Source: Acidobacteriota bacterium (GTDB taxonomy: Bacteria > Acidobacteriota > UBA6911 > RPQK01 > JAJDTT01). From it: DNA of 64,000 nucleotides. A program made the translations under genes and the position numbers. Positions within the stretch are counted from its first letter, which is position 1. Each line of letters opens with the position of its first letter. The stretch covers positions 160,001 through 224,000 of the forward strand of contig OZ253580.1 of assembly GCA_965263035.1 (NCBI GenBank), written 5' to 3'. Under the pieces are notes generated by a model. It searched no databases. It was not told the origin of the DNA and saw only the letters and a program-made list of their open reading frames with translations. Shown piece after piece: positions 46,939 to 57,822 of the stretch.

Positions 46939-48618
46939 CTACTGGAGAGACGCGGTCTTGTTCAGGCCGTCTGCCGCAGACGGTGCGCGCACCTGGAATA
47001 CCTGGCCGGCGCTGACCTCCTGGTCGCTGATCTTGTCGTGGACCTTCACGTTCAGACTGTAGCGGCCCGGCTTCAGTTGCTGGATGGGAAGGCTCTTGAT
47101 CAGGACCATGCGCTGGCCGGAGAAGTACTGGATCGACTCACCCGACTCGTCCACTTCCTCCATCAGGACATCCTTGCCCGCGGAAATCCGAAAGCTGGCC
47201 TGGATGGAGGGAACCATCGTGGCCTGGTCGGCGTGCACGTTATACACCTGAAGATAGACGGCCAGAGGCGACGAGGCGGCGAACCTGTGATCCAGCACCG
47301 GACGCACCTTCACGTTCCCCAGGATGAACATCTCCTCCTGAGGAACATTCTCTATCTGCCGAACCAGATCGGTGAGGATCATGGAGCTCGCTTTCAGCTT
47401 TTCACCTCCGAAGACCGGCGGGACGATGGCGGTCCGGCTGACTCCCACCTTGCCGCTGCTCAGATCCTTGACCACCAGGTCCAGGCGGTAACGCAGCTTC
47501 CGGTCCAGGACCAGGATCTTCTGGTAAGTGGACCGGCCCTGTTTCTGAGCCTGGGCGGCGTACGCCTCCGGATGGTAGGTCTGCACCAGGTCGTAGTCGA
47601 ACTCGTCCACCACCTGCCTGGTCATGCTGGTGACCGCGCCGTAGACACCCACCTTGGCCACATAGCGCTGGTTTTTTTCCAGCTTGAACGATAGTTCGCC
47701 GTTGTCGAGTTCGACCGTCACCGGAACCACCACGCGATCGTCGCCCAGCTTGAAGTAGTCGCGCCGGACTCGGAAAGGGAGTGACTCGTAGCCGATGGAG
47801 ACGTCCACCAGTCCCTTCAGATCGCCGTACTTGATCTTCTTGGGCGCCTTGATCATCACGTAACGCTCGTAGCGCTCGAACACGTCGTCCTGAGCCCGGG
47901 TGGCCATGTAGGGGAAGCTGTCCCGCATGCCCGGAGAGAAGAAAGGCCGATCCTTCTTCTCGGCCAGACCCATCTCCTCGGCCAGCGTCAGGCCGCCACC
48001 GGGAAGATAGAGCAGCGCGTCCTTTTCGGCGGGGTCCAGGCTCAGCCGGTACTCTCCGCTCAAAGAGGGGTCCACGAACTCCAGTTCGATTTCCTGCCCC
48101 AGACCCTCGATCCAGCGGTAGCGCCAAGTTTCGAAGGGATAGGTGGAGGTCACGCCGCCCCCTTCGTGCATGGGGCGGGCATAGAAGCCCCCACCGGCGC
48201 GGGACGTGATCTGATCCGGCGGTCCATGAATGATGTAAATGCGGCCCCGATCGGTCATCCAGCCCGGCTTTCCACTGGGAAAGCGCTCGTTGGCATACGC
48301 GATCCGCCGGTAGTGTTCTTCCTTGTACTCGTTGATGGCCGTCCTCAGGTCCGGGTCGCGCCGGCGCCAGAACTGCTCGATGAACTGCTCCTTCTCCTCC
48401 ATGGTGCCCAGGCCGTTGAACACGTCCAGCTCTTCATCGGTGATGATGTAGACGATGTCCTCCTTGAGCCATTTCTTGTAGTAATCCTGCTGCTCTTCCT
48501 GGAGAACGGCCCGGTCGTCCCGCTTCTTCTCTTTGGCCTGAACCGGGAGCAGAACCAGAAACAGGGAAAGCAGAACGAACCTGACATCCATGGGAGAATT
48601 TACGAAGGTTCTTGACAT
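46939..48618 (-). CDS. GWxTD domain-containing protein
   Basis: FIEQFWRRRDP, EEHYRRIAYANERF, PGWMTDRGRIYIIHGPPD. Confidence 0.93.
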   Translation of the reverse strand: MSRTFVNSPMDVRFVLLSLFLVLLPVQAKEKKRDDRAVLQEEQQDYYKKWLKEDIVYIITDEELDVFNGLGTMEEKEQFIEQFWRRRDPDLRTAINEYKEEHYRRIAYANERFPSGKPGWMTDRGRIYIIHGPPDQITSRAGGGFYARPMHEGGGVTSTYPFETWRYRWIEGLGQEIELEFVDPSLSGEYRLSLDPAEKDALLYLPGGGLTLAEEMGLAEKKDRPFFSPGMRDSFPYMATRAQDDVFERYERYVMIKAPKKIKYGDLKGLVDVSIGYESLPFRVRRDYFKLGDDRVVVPVTVELDNGELSFKLEKNQRYVAKVGVYGAVTSMTRQVVDEFDYDLVQTYHPEAYAAQAQKQGRSTYQKILVLDRKLRYRLDLVVKDLSSGKVGVSRTAIVPPVFGGEKLKASSMILTDLVRQIENVPQEEMFILGNVKVRPVLDHRFAASSPLAVYLQVYNVHADQATMVPSIQASFRISAGKDVLMEEVDESGESIQYFSGQRMVLIKSLPIQQLKPGRYSLNVKVHDKISDQEVSAGQVFQVRAPSAADGLNKTASLQ

Positions 48619-48776
48619 CAGCACCTCGGAGATCCTGACCTGGACAAACGGTCGATGCGATCCATTATACCCGCTGCTCCGTTCGGTACAACAAACTCGG
48701 GTTCCTGCGAGCCGGGATCATACGTCAACCGGAAATGGGACCGGACGATCCTGCGGAATCAGCAGCCGCGCTTACG

Positions 48777-49146
48777 TTAGTAAGGCTGGTAGAGCCGTAC
48801 CCGCGCGTTGCCCGGCATCCGAAAATACGTGACGAGTCCGAAGCCCTGGCATGTCACTTCGCCGTCGAACACCACACCCCGGCCCTTCAGTTCCGTAACC
48901 GTGGTCTGGATGTCGCCGCAGTAGAAGGAAATGTCGTGGGTACCGGCCGGACTGCCGTGCTTCCCCGAGGGATCGGTGGGATGCACACCCATGTCCGGGC
49001 AGGTCGAAGATGAGCCAACCGCCGCCGACGTCGGTATAAGAGTCGAAGCCCAGCTTGTCGCGCAGGAACTCGCGCAACGCTTCCGGCTCCGACGAATAGA
49101 ACATTGTATGAACGCCTTTGATCCTGGTCGCCCTCCCGGTCCTCAT
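48777..49146 (-). pseudogene. VOC/glyoxalase-family protein, frameshifted
   Basis: IKGVHTMFYS...DVGGGWLIFDLP in one frame continues as DMGVHP...ISFYCGDI...LYQP in another. Shift near 49000. Confidence 0.75.
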
Positions 49147-49172
49147 GCGCCACCTATCCGCGGCACCCGAGC

Positions 49173-49316
49173 AAAATGGATGCCGTCCCGCTACCAGGCG
49201 CCGTAGTAGCCGTTGACCGGATGGCTCGAGTCGACGCTCCCGTAGCCGTAGTAGGCCCGCTCGCATACCTTTTCGGGATAGGGGCGCAGGGCGTGGATCA
49301 CCACCGGGACGTGGCT
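49173..49316 (-). pseudogene. Degenerate fragment paralogous to part of 50125..53418
   Basis: SHVPVVIH...PEK...YYGYG...NGYYGAW*RDGIHF aligns to SHIPLVIH...PEK...YYDYG...SGYYGAWSGDGIHW (52813-52959). Confidence 0.75.
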
Positions 49317-49324
49317 CTATGTTT

Positions 49325-49744
49325 TCATCGACCTGTGCCGATCAACTCGGAGCCTTCGGCCGCCGCCGCTCCGTTTCTCTTCAAGAGAGCGACGGCGCTG
49401 CGATCGAAACTCGCGAACACGCTTGCACCGAATCTCTCTCCTTGATGGGCGATGACTTCGTCAGCGAAGTCTCCGCCTGCGCGCAGCAGGGTCAAACCCG
49501 CCTCGACCGCCGGAAGATCAGTGACCACGGCATCGATTTCACATATCGCCTCGATCGCTACGGCGATTTCATCGACTTTGCGACCGTAGCCGCGCCTCGA
49601 CATCCAAGCGAACTCACAGAAGACCGGCACGGGAACGGTAATGACCGTTGAACGCACGAGCAACGCCTGTGCCGCCGTGGCCTGCTACGCGTTGTCCTGC
49701 AGGACCGTACGCAGCGGCACATTCGTATCGGCTGTAATCCTCAC
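49325..49744 (-). pseudogene. vapC: VapC/PIN-domain toxin with internal amber stop
   Basis: GTG 49744: RITADTNVPLRTVLQDNA*QATAAQALL...FCEFAW...GGDFADEVIA...FASFDR. TAG at 49685-49687. Confidence 0.8.
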
Positions 49745-49991
49745 TCCTCGTCCGTCCACCCTGAAGCGGCGACCTGGTAGATTTTTTCGATGGATAGCTG
49801 CGGTGTTCCCAGTCTTGCAAGCATGCCGAAGACGCTTGCCGCCAAGGTTCCGCGCTTCGGCCTCAGTTGCATGCGTCCGCCCGTCAGCAGATCGATGTCA
49901 AGCTTGTCGCCCGGACGCACCCCCAGATATTGAGCACCTCTTTGCGCAGGGTGATCTGCCCCTTGGCGGTCACTGTGAGCGTGATGGCCAT
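49741..49991 (-). pseudogene. AbrB/MazE-type antitoxin, frameshifted
   Basis: MAITLTVTAKGQITLRKEVL, then after a 1-nt shift near 49930 YLGVRPGDKLDIDLL...SGWTDEE*. Stop overlaps the vapC start (GTGA). Confidence 0.8.
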
Positions 49992-50124
49992 GGCTCCAAC
50001 TCCATTGAACTCTACCCGCAAAGTGTACGGCAGTTTTGCCTTATTTCAATCGATGCCCATACGGAGCGCCCCGACCCGGCATCCGCCGTCGGCTCCCGGA
50101 ACCTGCCGGCGCCCTCGCCGTCCC

Positions 50125-53100
50125 TCACTCCGATTCCGGCTGGGGATTCAACGTGACCCGCCAGAACCAGCCGTCCACCTGGACGAAGAGGACGTTGGGC
50201 TCCACCTCGATCACAGTGGAGTAGGAAGAACCCATCCTCTCCGCTACGGTGGCGGTCTCCCACGTCTTCCCCTCGTCTTCGCTGATGGCAAAACGCACCA
50301 AGGCGCCTCGCTCCCTGGGCTTCAGGTGGCTGCCGGCCGGGAACCGGAGTCCGTAGCTCAGCAGAACCCGGCCGTCGCGAAGCTTGAGGAGGGTGGGATC
50401 GCAGCCTCGGTCGAGGCCGGTGTAGACCGGTTCGCTCCAGGTCCTTCCCCAATCCTCGCTCCAACTGGCGTAAAGAGGTGTGAAGTGGCCGGTCCGCATG
50501 ACGCAGAGGAGCCGGCCGCCACCCAGATGCAGGAGAGACGGTTCGGTGAAGCCCTCGCCCACCGGATCTCCCGGCTTGGGTGCGGCGACGGTGGAATAGT
50601 AGTCCCAGGACCGCCCCTGGTCCTTGGAGATCAGGGTGAAGGTCCGCTGCTGGTAGTGGGTCTCCGACGAGCTGCGGCGGTCGGTGGGAGGCAGGCTGTC
50701 CTGTTCCAGGTTCCCCTCCATGGAGGTCAGGAGGGTCCCGTCCGGCATCTCCAACATGTCCCGATAGAAGTAGAGCCCGTACCATTCGTCCTTTTCCCGG
50801 GCCCTCGGCGGTCCCCCCGGAACCCGGATCACCGATTCCTCCTCTTGCAGTGTCGCCAGGTCGTCCCGCGAACGCCACGAGCGGACGGTATAGTTTCCGG
50901 GCGACTGGAAGTCGGCGGCCCCGCCCAGCACGAAGAAGTGCCCCTTGCGGACGTGAAAGACCCGCTCCGGAATGCGGAGGACCTCCTGCAGGGACGTCCC
51001 CTCGTGAGCCACGTAGGTCTTGCCGCCGTCCAGAGTCTTCTTGTCCCCGTAAAGATAGATGGTCCCGTCCGGCGCCTGGAAGGATCGGGCCCATCCCCCA
51101 TCTCCCCAGCCTCCCCCCGTTCCGTAACGCCGGATCGGCCCGACTTCCCGGATGAAGCTCGGTTCCGCTTCCGACGGCCCGACCGCTCCGGAGGTCCGCC
51201 GGCTGACCCGAACCTCGTCCACCAGGCCGACCAGTTGATTCCGGGGATCGCTCCGAGCCTCGTGGCGGTGGGTGATGAAGCGCCCTTCCAGGTCCTGTCC
51301 CACCCTCAGATCTGAGGCCAGGTAGAGCCCCACGGTCGGAGCCCTGCCGGGAGGGGTCAAGTGGCGCACGATCGACCGGTCGTAATAGAGGTGGGAGGTC
51401 CCTGCCATGAGCTGTCCCCCGCCGACCTGGACGCCGTCCAGGTAGAGGCGGACCCGCCCCTCGTCGTAGGTGGCCTCCATCAGGTGGAACCGATCGGTGA
51501 GGATGGAGACCGAACGGGACCGCACGGTCTGACCGTTGCAGACGAAGCGGAGGTCGCCGCCGTTGGGATTGAAGTCGAAGATGAGCTCTCCCGTGGCCGG
51601 GTCGCCCGTCCCGCGGTAGTTGCTGAACAGGCGCATGCGCCGTTTCAGGGCCGGTTTCACGCGGGCCGAGAGGGTAAATCGGGTGCCCAGATACCGGGTT
51701 CCGGGAATCTCAAGGGAGTCGTGGGTCTTCCCCTCCCCGAAGAACTCCGCCGCGCCGCTGCCGGAGGAGGCGGCTTCTCGATCCTGGACGATCCGGACCG
51801 AGTTGTGCAGCCGCACCTCCTGTCGTCCGTCTTCGGTCCGCTTGTCCCGGACCGAGCTCTCCGCGTCCCCCTCGAAATCGAGCAGGACGTCCAGAAGGGG
51901 CGATTGTTCCGCCGGCACAATGGGCCCGGCCGCCCGGAAGGAGAAGAGGGAGGCGTTCTGGAGGTAGAACCGGAGATGCGCGGGCCGCGCGGACTCCGGC
52001 CATCGGTCCCGTCCCTCCCAGCGGACGACCTGGTCGACGCCGTCGTCCTTCACGGGATCGCATTGGTCCTTGCCGAAACCGGGAATGACGTTTCCGGACG
52101 AGTCCAGCAACTCGACTCGCACCCAACCGCGGCGGGCGTCGGCATTCACCCGGAGAGGTCCGGCAAGACGACGCAGCCGGCGAGTGGTGAAAGAACCCAC
52201 CTGCTCTCCTGCATCCAAGGAAGCGAACCCGTCCTTGCGCAGGGTGGCCAGTCCGATGGCGCAATTCCCCCATCCTCCCGCCACCGGGCTCACATGAGTC
52301 TGGTCCGAGGCTCCGTAGAAGAGCTTGATCCCGTCCCCCTCGACCAGGGGCTGACTGGGAGTGTGCAACATGCCGTCGTCCCATCGGCCCGCCGCCCCCA
52401 ACTCCAGCAGGGGCGGCCGGTCTCCCTCTTCCCGCTTCCATTCGATACCGTCGCGGCTGCTCACCAACTCCACGTGGATGGTCCCGTCGTTGTGCCCGTC
52501 GTCGATCCGGAACACCCAGAGAAAACCCAGATACATGGATTCGTAGGCAAAGGCGGAGAGGCCGTAGAAGTCGGTGTGTTGCCGGTCGGCGGTCACCCAG
52601 CGGTCGTCCACGGCGTCGGGGACCAGGACCAGTTGGGTCGGAGGCCAATGCAGGAAATCGGTGGTGGCGGTCAGACCGATGGCCCGGCGCCGGTGCCCGC
52701 CGTTGGGCACGAAGATCTTGGCGTAACCCAGATAGCGCCCCTGGTGTGGGTCCCAGACGAAGTTGCCCACGTCTCCGGGGTCCGCAAACAGGGGTTGGTC
52801 CCGAATCGGGCTCCAATGGATGCCGTCGCCGGACCACGCCCCGTAGTAGCCGCTGACCCGGTGACGCGGATCGGTGCGGCCGTAATCGTAGTAGACCAGC
52901 TTGTATTCCTTCTCGGGATCCAGGTCCCAGGGGGTGTGGATCACCAGCGGAATGTGGCTTTCCCGCATCCGGTCCAGGAAGATGTTGTTGGCTCCCGAGC
53001 CCCGAAACCGGACGATCCCCAGGCCCGGCTTGGTCCAATGGACGCCGTCCCGGCTCTCTGCGTAGAGGTTGCGATACTGTTCCTTCGGGTCCGCATCCGG

Positions 53101-53418
53101 ATTCGCGGTGTGGTACCACATCCGGTAGCCCTGGCCGTCCGGGAGCGGGAGCACCGTCCCCAGCAGATACGCCACCTGTCCTTCCCAGGGACGGTCGGGC
53201 TTCAGGACCGGGTTGCCAGGGTGCTTTCGAAACGGGTGATAGCGGCGGACCAACCCCCGCTTCTCCTGAATCAGATGGTCGTCCACCACCAGCTCCCAAG
53301 GACCGGTCAGGTCGCCCAGAGACCGGAGGCTCGATGCCGCGGTGGACCCGACTACGAATCCGCTGGAGAGCAGGAGAGAAACGACAAGACCGGTTCCAGC
53401 CATTCCAGTAAGTCTCAA
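50125..53418 (-). CDS. Secreted multidomain protein: GH-like beta-propeller + LamG + BNR/sialidase-like domain
   Basis: Signal peptide, SRDG.HW.KP motifs, LRKDGFASL, LamG-like ATYD...LYLDG...GLVDEVRV, Asp boxes SKDQGRSW, SEDWGRTW, SEDEGKTW. Confidence 0.75.
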   Translation of the reverse strand: MRLTGMAGTGLVVSLLLSSGFVVGSTAASSLRSLGDLTGPWELVVDDHLIQEKRGLVRRYHPFRKHPGNPVLKPDRPWEGQVAYLLGTVLPLPDGQGYRMWYHTANPDADPKEQYRNLYAESRDGVHWTKPGLGIVRFRGSGANNIFLDRMRESHIPLVIHTPWDLDPEKEYKLVYYDYGRTDPRHRVSGYYGAWSGDGIHWSPIRDQPLFADPGDVGNFVWDPHQGRYLGYAKIFVPNGGHRRRAIGLTATTDFLHWPPTQLVLVPDAVDDRWVTADRQHTDFYGLSAFAYESMYLGFLWVFRIDDGHNDGTIHVELVSSRDGIEWKREEGDRPPLLELGAAGRWDDGMLHTPSQPLVEGDGIKLFYGASDQTHVSPVAGGWGNCAIGLATLRKDGFASLDAGEQVGSFTTRRLRRLAGPLRVNADARRGWVRVELLDSSGNVIPGFGKDQCDPVKDDGVDQVVRWEGRDRWPESARPAHLRFYLQNASLFSFRAAGPIVPAEQSPLLDVLLDFEGDAESSVRDKRTEDGRQEVRLHNSVRIVQDREAASSGSGAAEFFGEGKTHDSLEIPGTRYLGTRFTLSARVKPALKRRMRLFSNYRGTGDPATGELIFDFNPNGGDLRFVCNGQTVRSRSVSILTDRFHLMEATYDEGRVRLYLDGVQVGGGQLMAGTSHLYYDRSIVRHLTPPGRAPTVGLYLASDLRVGQDLEGRFITHRHEARSDPRNQLVGLVDEVRVSRRTSGAVGPSEAEPSFIREVGPIRRYGTGGGWGDGGWARSFQAPDGTIYLYGDKKTLDGGKTYVAHEGTSLQEVLRIPERVFHVRKGHFFVLGGAADFQSPGNYTVRSWRSRDDLATLQEEESVIRVPGGPPRAREKDEWYGLYFYRDMLEMPDGTLLTSMEGNLEQDSLPPTDRRSSSETHYQQRTFTLISKDQGRSWDYYSTVAAPKPGDPVGEGFTEPSLLHLGGGRLLCVMRTGHFTPLYASWSEDWGRTWSEPVYTGLDRGCDPTLLKLRDGRVLLSYGLRFPAGSHLKPRERGALVRFAISEDEGKTWETATVAERMGSSYSTVIEVEPNVLFVQVDGWFWRVTLNPQPESE

Positions 53419-54185
53419 GACATCACCTCCCCCGCCGAGATGTCCACCGCCTGCCCCGTGATGGCCGCTCCCGAGGGCGACACCAGGAAGTAGACCAGAT
53501 CGGCCACCTCCTCGGGACGGATCATGGATCCCAAGGGGATCCCATCCAAAATGCGCCGCCGCATTGCTTCAAGGCTCAGACCCTCGAGGAGGGCGGTCTC
53601 CTGGAGGTCCTTGCGCGCCATGGACGTCCGCACCCAGCCGGGGCAGACGGCATTGACGGTGATCCTGCGGGGAGCCAGTTCCAGGGCCAGGGCACGAGTC
53701 ACGCCGATCACCCCATGCTTGGAAGCGCAGTAGGCACTGTACTCGGCCGCGCCCACCTTCCCCGAGATGGAGGAGATGTGGACGATACGGCCTCCGTCAT
53801 GGAAATGGGAAAGCGCCCGGTGAGTGCAGAAATAGACGCCGGTCAGATTGGTGGCCAGCACCTCATGCCAAGTCTCGTCCCCCGGCTCCAGAATGGGATT
53901 CCGTTTCGAGATTCCGGCGTTGTTCACCAGGATCCGGATCCGGCCCCATTCTCCGGTGACTGCCGAGACGAACTCCTCCACCTGCCGGCTGTCGCTGACA
54001 TCGCAGACCCGGGCCAGGACCGGGAACCCGCTCGCCGCCATCTCCCCGGCAGCGGCTTCGAGACCTTCCCGGTTGCGGTCGCAGATGGCGACCCGGGCGC
54101 CCTCACTACCGAGTTTCCAGGCGATGGCCCGGCCCATGCCCTCCGCCGCGCCCGTGACGACGGCCACCGCCGAATCCAATGCCAT
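53415..54185 (-). CDS. SDR family NAD(P)-dependent oxidoreductase
   Basis: TGAAEGMG, LVNNAG, YCASK, NAVCPG. Confidence 0.93.
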   Translation of the reverse strand: MALDSAVAVVTGAAEGMGRAIAWKLGSEGARVAICDRNREGLEAAAGEMAASGFPVLARVCDVSDSRQVEEFVSAVTGEWGRIRILVNNAGISKRNPILEPGDETWHEVLATNLTGVYFCTHRALSHFHDGGRIVHISSISGKVGAAEYSAYCASKHGVIGVTRALALELAPRRITVNAVCPGWVRTSMARKDLQETALLEGLSLEAMRRRILDGIPLGSMIRPEEVADLVYFLVSPSGAAITGQAVDISAGEVMS

Positions 54186-54306
54186 TCTGCCGCTCGACTC
54201 CTTCGCCGCTACGCTCCGGATCACTTGACAGACCGGCCCACAGAGTGCACAAGTAACAAGGTTTCCGGAAGCTATCAATCGAAATGAACCGAATCAAGGT
54301 AACGCC

Positions 54307-55641
54307 ATGACTGTCCTCGACGCCACTCGATCCAAGTCCGCCCAGGTGCTGGATTTCAACGAACGCTACATCCCCGGCGGCGTGGTTTCCATCGTCCGCA
54401 AGGCAGAGCCCGACCTCGCCTTCGCCCGGGGCCGGGGGGCCTATATTTGGGACGTGGACGGCAACCGCTACCTGGACTATCACGCGGCCTTCGCCCCCAT
54501 CGTCCTGGGCCACAACGACCCCTACGTCAACGAGGCGGTCCGAACGACCATTGACGGCGGCGCCAGTCTCTACGGGAGCGGGACCAACGAGTTGGAGGGC
54601 CGCTTGGCCGAGATGCTCTGCACCCACGTCCCGGCTGTGGAAATGGTGGAGTTCCTCAACACGGGCACCGAGGCCTCCATGGCTTCGGTGCGTCTGGCCC
54701 GGGCCGCGACCGGCCGCGACCACGTCATCGTCATGCAGGGAGGCTTCAACGGTTCCCACAACGACGTGGCCTGCAACGTGCTCACGCCACTGGACCAGAT
54801 CGGCCCTCGCGTTTCCCCCGGGGAGTACCGCTTTGTTTCGCTGGGACCCGGGGTCCCCGAAGCTCACGCCCAACTGGCGCACGTGATCAACTTCAACGAC
54901 CTGGATTCGGTCCGCTATGTCTGTGAGCGCCACGATGTGGCCGCACTGGTGACCGAGCCCATCCTGCAGAACATCGGCATCATGAAGCCGGTCCCCGGAT
55001 ACCTGGAAGGGCTCCGGGAACTGGCCGACGAGTACGGCTTCGTGCTCATCTTCGACGAGGTCAAGACCGGATTCCGATACTCCGTGGGAGGGTACAGCGA
55101 GGTCAGCGGCGTCCAGCCCGATCTCGTCTACTTCGCCAAGGCCGTGGCCAACGGCTATCCCTTTTCGGCACTGGGTGGAAAGAGGGAGCTTCTGGAACAT
55201 TTCGCTCATCCCGATCCCTCCAAGCGGCCCATCGTCTCGGGGACCTACAACGGCCATCCCGTCTCGGTGAGCGCCGCCATCGCCACCATAGAGCGACTGC
55301 TGGAAGGCGACGGCCAGGTGTACCGGTACATTGACCGGCTGGGACAACGATGCCAGGCCGGGATCGAGTCGATCCTGAGTTCCCGGGGAATCACCGGGAC
55401 CGTGGCTCGCCAAGGATCCGCCTTCTGCCTCTACCTGATGGATCACGAGCCGGTGGACTGGCACGATCTGGCCGGAAACCATGAATTCGAAACGGACCTG
55501 GCCATGCGGCGCGCCCTGATCGAGCGCGGAATCTACTTCTTCCCGGTGGCGACCAAGCAATGTTCCATCTCGGCGGCTCACACCGAGTCGGACATCGACC
55601 GCACGCTGGAGGCCCTGGACGCCGTCCTGTCCCAACTCTAG
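54307..55641 (+). CDS. Class III aminotransferase (glutamate-1-semialdehyde aminomutase-like)
   Basis: WDVDGNRYLD, NTGTEA, IFDEVKTGFR, FAKAVANGYP, SGTYNGHP. Confidence 0.9.
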   Translation: MTVLDATRSKSAQVLDFNERYIPGGVVSIVRKAEPDLAFARGRGAYIWDVDGNRYLDYHAAFAPIVLGHNDPYVNEAVRTTIDGGASLYGSGTNELEGRLAEMLCTHVPAVEMVEFLNTGTEASMASVRLARAATGRDHVIVMQGGFNGSHNDVACNVLTPLDQIGPRVSPGEYRFVSLGPGVPEAHAQLAHVINFNDLDSVRYVCERHDVAALVTEPILQNIGIMKPVPGYLEGLRELADEYGFVLIFDEVKTGFRYSVGGYSEVSGVQPDLVYFAKAVANGYPFSALGGKRELLEHFAHPDPSKRPIVSGTYNGHPVSVSAAIATIERLLEGDGQVYRYIDRLGQRCQAGIESILSSRGITGTVARQGSAFCLYLMDHEPVDWHDLAGNHEFETDLAMRRALIERGIYFFPVATKQCSISAAHTESDIDRTLEALDAVLSQL

Positions 55642-55668
55642 GTCGCGGGGGCGGATTCGACATCATCC

Positions 55669-57822
55669 ATGGATGTTCGCCACCGCTTCGCCGTCTGGTG
55701 CTGCCACTTGGCCCTCCTCTCCCCCCCGCTCTATTCCCAGGGAGGTGCGAGTGAGGCCTGCAGTTCGTGCCACCAGGAGATCTACGACTCCCACCTGAGC
55801 ACGGGAATGGGCCGTGCCTTCTCGCTCCCCGGCCCGGCCAACACGCTACGGGAAGATTTGCAGGAGGCGGCGTACTACCACCCGGCGTCCGACCGGCACT
55901 ACACGGTCGCCCGCAGGAACGGCTCCTACTATCTGAGCCGGCACCAGTTGAACGAGAAGGAAAAAATCATCAACCGGGTGGAGAAGGAGATCCACTACGT
56001 CCTGGGTTCCGGGAACCGGGGGCGGACCTATCTCCACCGGACCGCCTGGGGCGCTCTTTACCAGCTGCCTCTGGCCTGGTACGCGGAAGACGGCGGGCAA
56101 TGGGCCATGAGTCCCGGTTACGACCGCCCCGGCCACAAGGGGTTCAGCCGGCGGATCGACTACGCCTGCATGTTCTGTCACAACGCCTACCCGCAACTAC
56201 CACCGGGAGAGGATGCCAACGGCAAGGATCCTCTCTTCCCGGAAGAGCTCCCCAACGGCATCGACTGCGAGCGCTGCCACGGGCCTGGGAACGGCCACAT
56301 GAAGGCGGTTCGCAGCCGCGCCTCGAAGGAATCTATCCGCAATTCCATCGTGAATCCGGCCCGGCTCGATCCCCAACGACAGCTGGAGGTGTGCCTCCAG
56401 TGCCACCTGGAGTCCACCACCAAGGGACTGCCGGCCATGATCCGGAACTACGACCGGGGCGTCTTCTCCTACCGCCCGGGAGAACCGCTGGCGGACTACA
56501 TCCTTCACTTCGACGCTTCGGATCAGGAAGAGGCGGAGGAGCGGTTCGAGGTCAATCACGCCGGATACCGGTTCCTCAGGTCGGCCTGCTTTCAGGAAAG
56601 CGAAGGGCGGTTCACCTGCGTGACCTGCCATGATCCCCATCGGCCGGCGTCGGCGCCCGAGTCGCGGCGCGCCTCCCGGGACGCGTGCAATCGTTGTCAC
56701 GCCGGCCAGGTCGAACCACTGGTGGCAAGCGGAGAACACCCCGCGGACGAGGACTGCCTGGTCTGCCACATGCCCCGGCGCAGGACTCAGGACGTGGTCC
56801 ACGCCGTCATGACCGATCACCGGATCGCACGCCGGCCACCCGAGGGCGACCTCCTGGCGTCGCTGGCCGAATCCCACCAACAAGTCATCCGCGGAGAGGT
56901 CATCCTGTATTACCCGCAGGGTCCCGCCGAATCGCCGCAGGTGGAGCTCTACGAGGCGCTGGCTCAAGTCAAGCAGAAAGCCAACCTGAAGCCGGGTGTT
57001 CCCAGGCTGGAAAAGGCCCTGGAGGCTCAGCGCCCTCTCCAGCCCGGATTCTACTTCGAGCTGGGGGACGCCTATTTGTCGCAAACGAGGTTCGAGGACG
57101 CCGTCCGCCTCCATCAGGCAGCCCTGCGCAGACAGCGTGACTACCTGCCGGCCCTGCGCAACCAGTGGCTGGCGCTGTCGGGCCAGGGTTCGCTGGAGCA
57201 GGGTCTGACGGTGCTTCGAGACACCCTCGCGGTGAAGCCGGACGACACGGTCAGTCTGACGCAACTGGGCTACGCCCTGCTGGAATCGGGCCGTGCCGCG
57301 GAGGCCACCCAGGTGCTGGGGACGGCTCTCCGCCTGGATCCGGACCTCCCCGAGGCTCACAACAACCTGGGGTTGGCCCTCTCCCGCCAAAATTTCGGGC
57401 GCCAAGCCACGGAGGCTTTCCTGGAGGCCATCCGTTTGGAGCCCCATTTCGCCAGCGCGCACTACAATCTGGGACTTCAACAGTACGCGGAAAGAAGCGC
57501 CGGACCGGCCATCGCTTCTTTCCGCCGGGCCATTGCCCTGGCTCCGGAAATGGCCGCCGCCCACACCAACCTGGGAGTCGCGTTGGCGGCCACGGGAAAG
57601 CTGGAAGAGGCGCTCGAGGCCTTTCGCCGGGCGGTGGAGATCGAGCCGGATCTGCTGGCGGCCCAAGTCAACCTGGGCCTGTCTCTCGCTGCCCTGGGGC
57701 GGCTCCGGGAAGCGGCCGATGCCATCCGGACCGCCTTGAAGTTGAAGCCGGGCGACGAATTCCTGATGCAGCAGCTGGAGCAACTCGAAGCGAAAAACGG
57801 AAAGGAAAGCCGTTCACCATGA
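55669..57822 (+). CDS. Multiheme cytochrome c (7 CxxCH) with C-terminal TPR repeats
   Basis: CSSCH, CMFCH, CERCH, CLQCH, CVTCH, CNRCH, CLVCH, plus repeated AH.NLG TPR units. Confidence 0.9.
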   Translation: MDVRHRFAVWCCHLALLSPPLYSQGGASEACSSCHQEIYDSHLSTGMGRAFSLPGPANTLREDLQEAAYYHPASDRHYTVARRNGSYYLSRHQLNEKEKIINRVEKEIHYVLGSGNRGRTYLHRTAWGALYQLPLAWYAEDGGQWAMSPGYDRPGHKGFSRRIDYACMFCHNAYPQLPPGEDANGKDPLFPEELPNGIDCERCHGPGNGHMKAVRSRASKESIRNSIVNPARLDPQRQLEVCLQCHLESTTKGLPAMIRNYDRGVFSYRPGEPLADYILHFDASDQEEAEERFEVNHAGYRFLRSACFQESEGRFTCVTCHDPHRPASAPESRRASRDACNRCHAGQVEPLVASGEHPADEDCLVCHMPRRRTQDVVHAVMTDHRIARRPPEGDLLASLAESHQQVIRGEVILYYPQGPAESPQVELYEALAQVKQKANLKPGVPRLEKALEAQRPLQPGFYFELGDAYLSQTRFEDAVRLHQAALRRQRDYLPALRNQWLALSGQGSLEQGLTVLRDTLAVKPDDTVSLTQLGYALLESGRAAEATQVLGTALRLDPDLPEAHNNLGLALSRQNFGRQATEAFLEAIRLEPHFASAHYNLGLQQYAERSAGPAIASFRRAIALAPEMAAAHTNLGVALAATGKLEEALEAFRRAVEIEPDLLAAQVNLGLSLAALGRLREAADAIRTALKLKPGDEFLMQQLEQLEAKNGKESRSP

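Noticed and set aside
54307-55641. Calling the aminotransferase hemL
   Set aside because: It is HemL-like, but there are no hem genes nearby and the context is catabolic, so orthology is unsupported.
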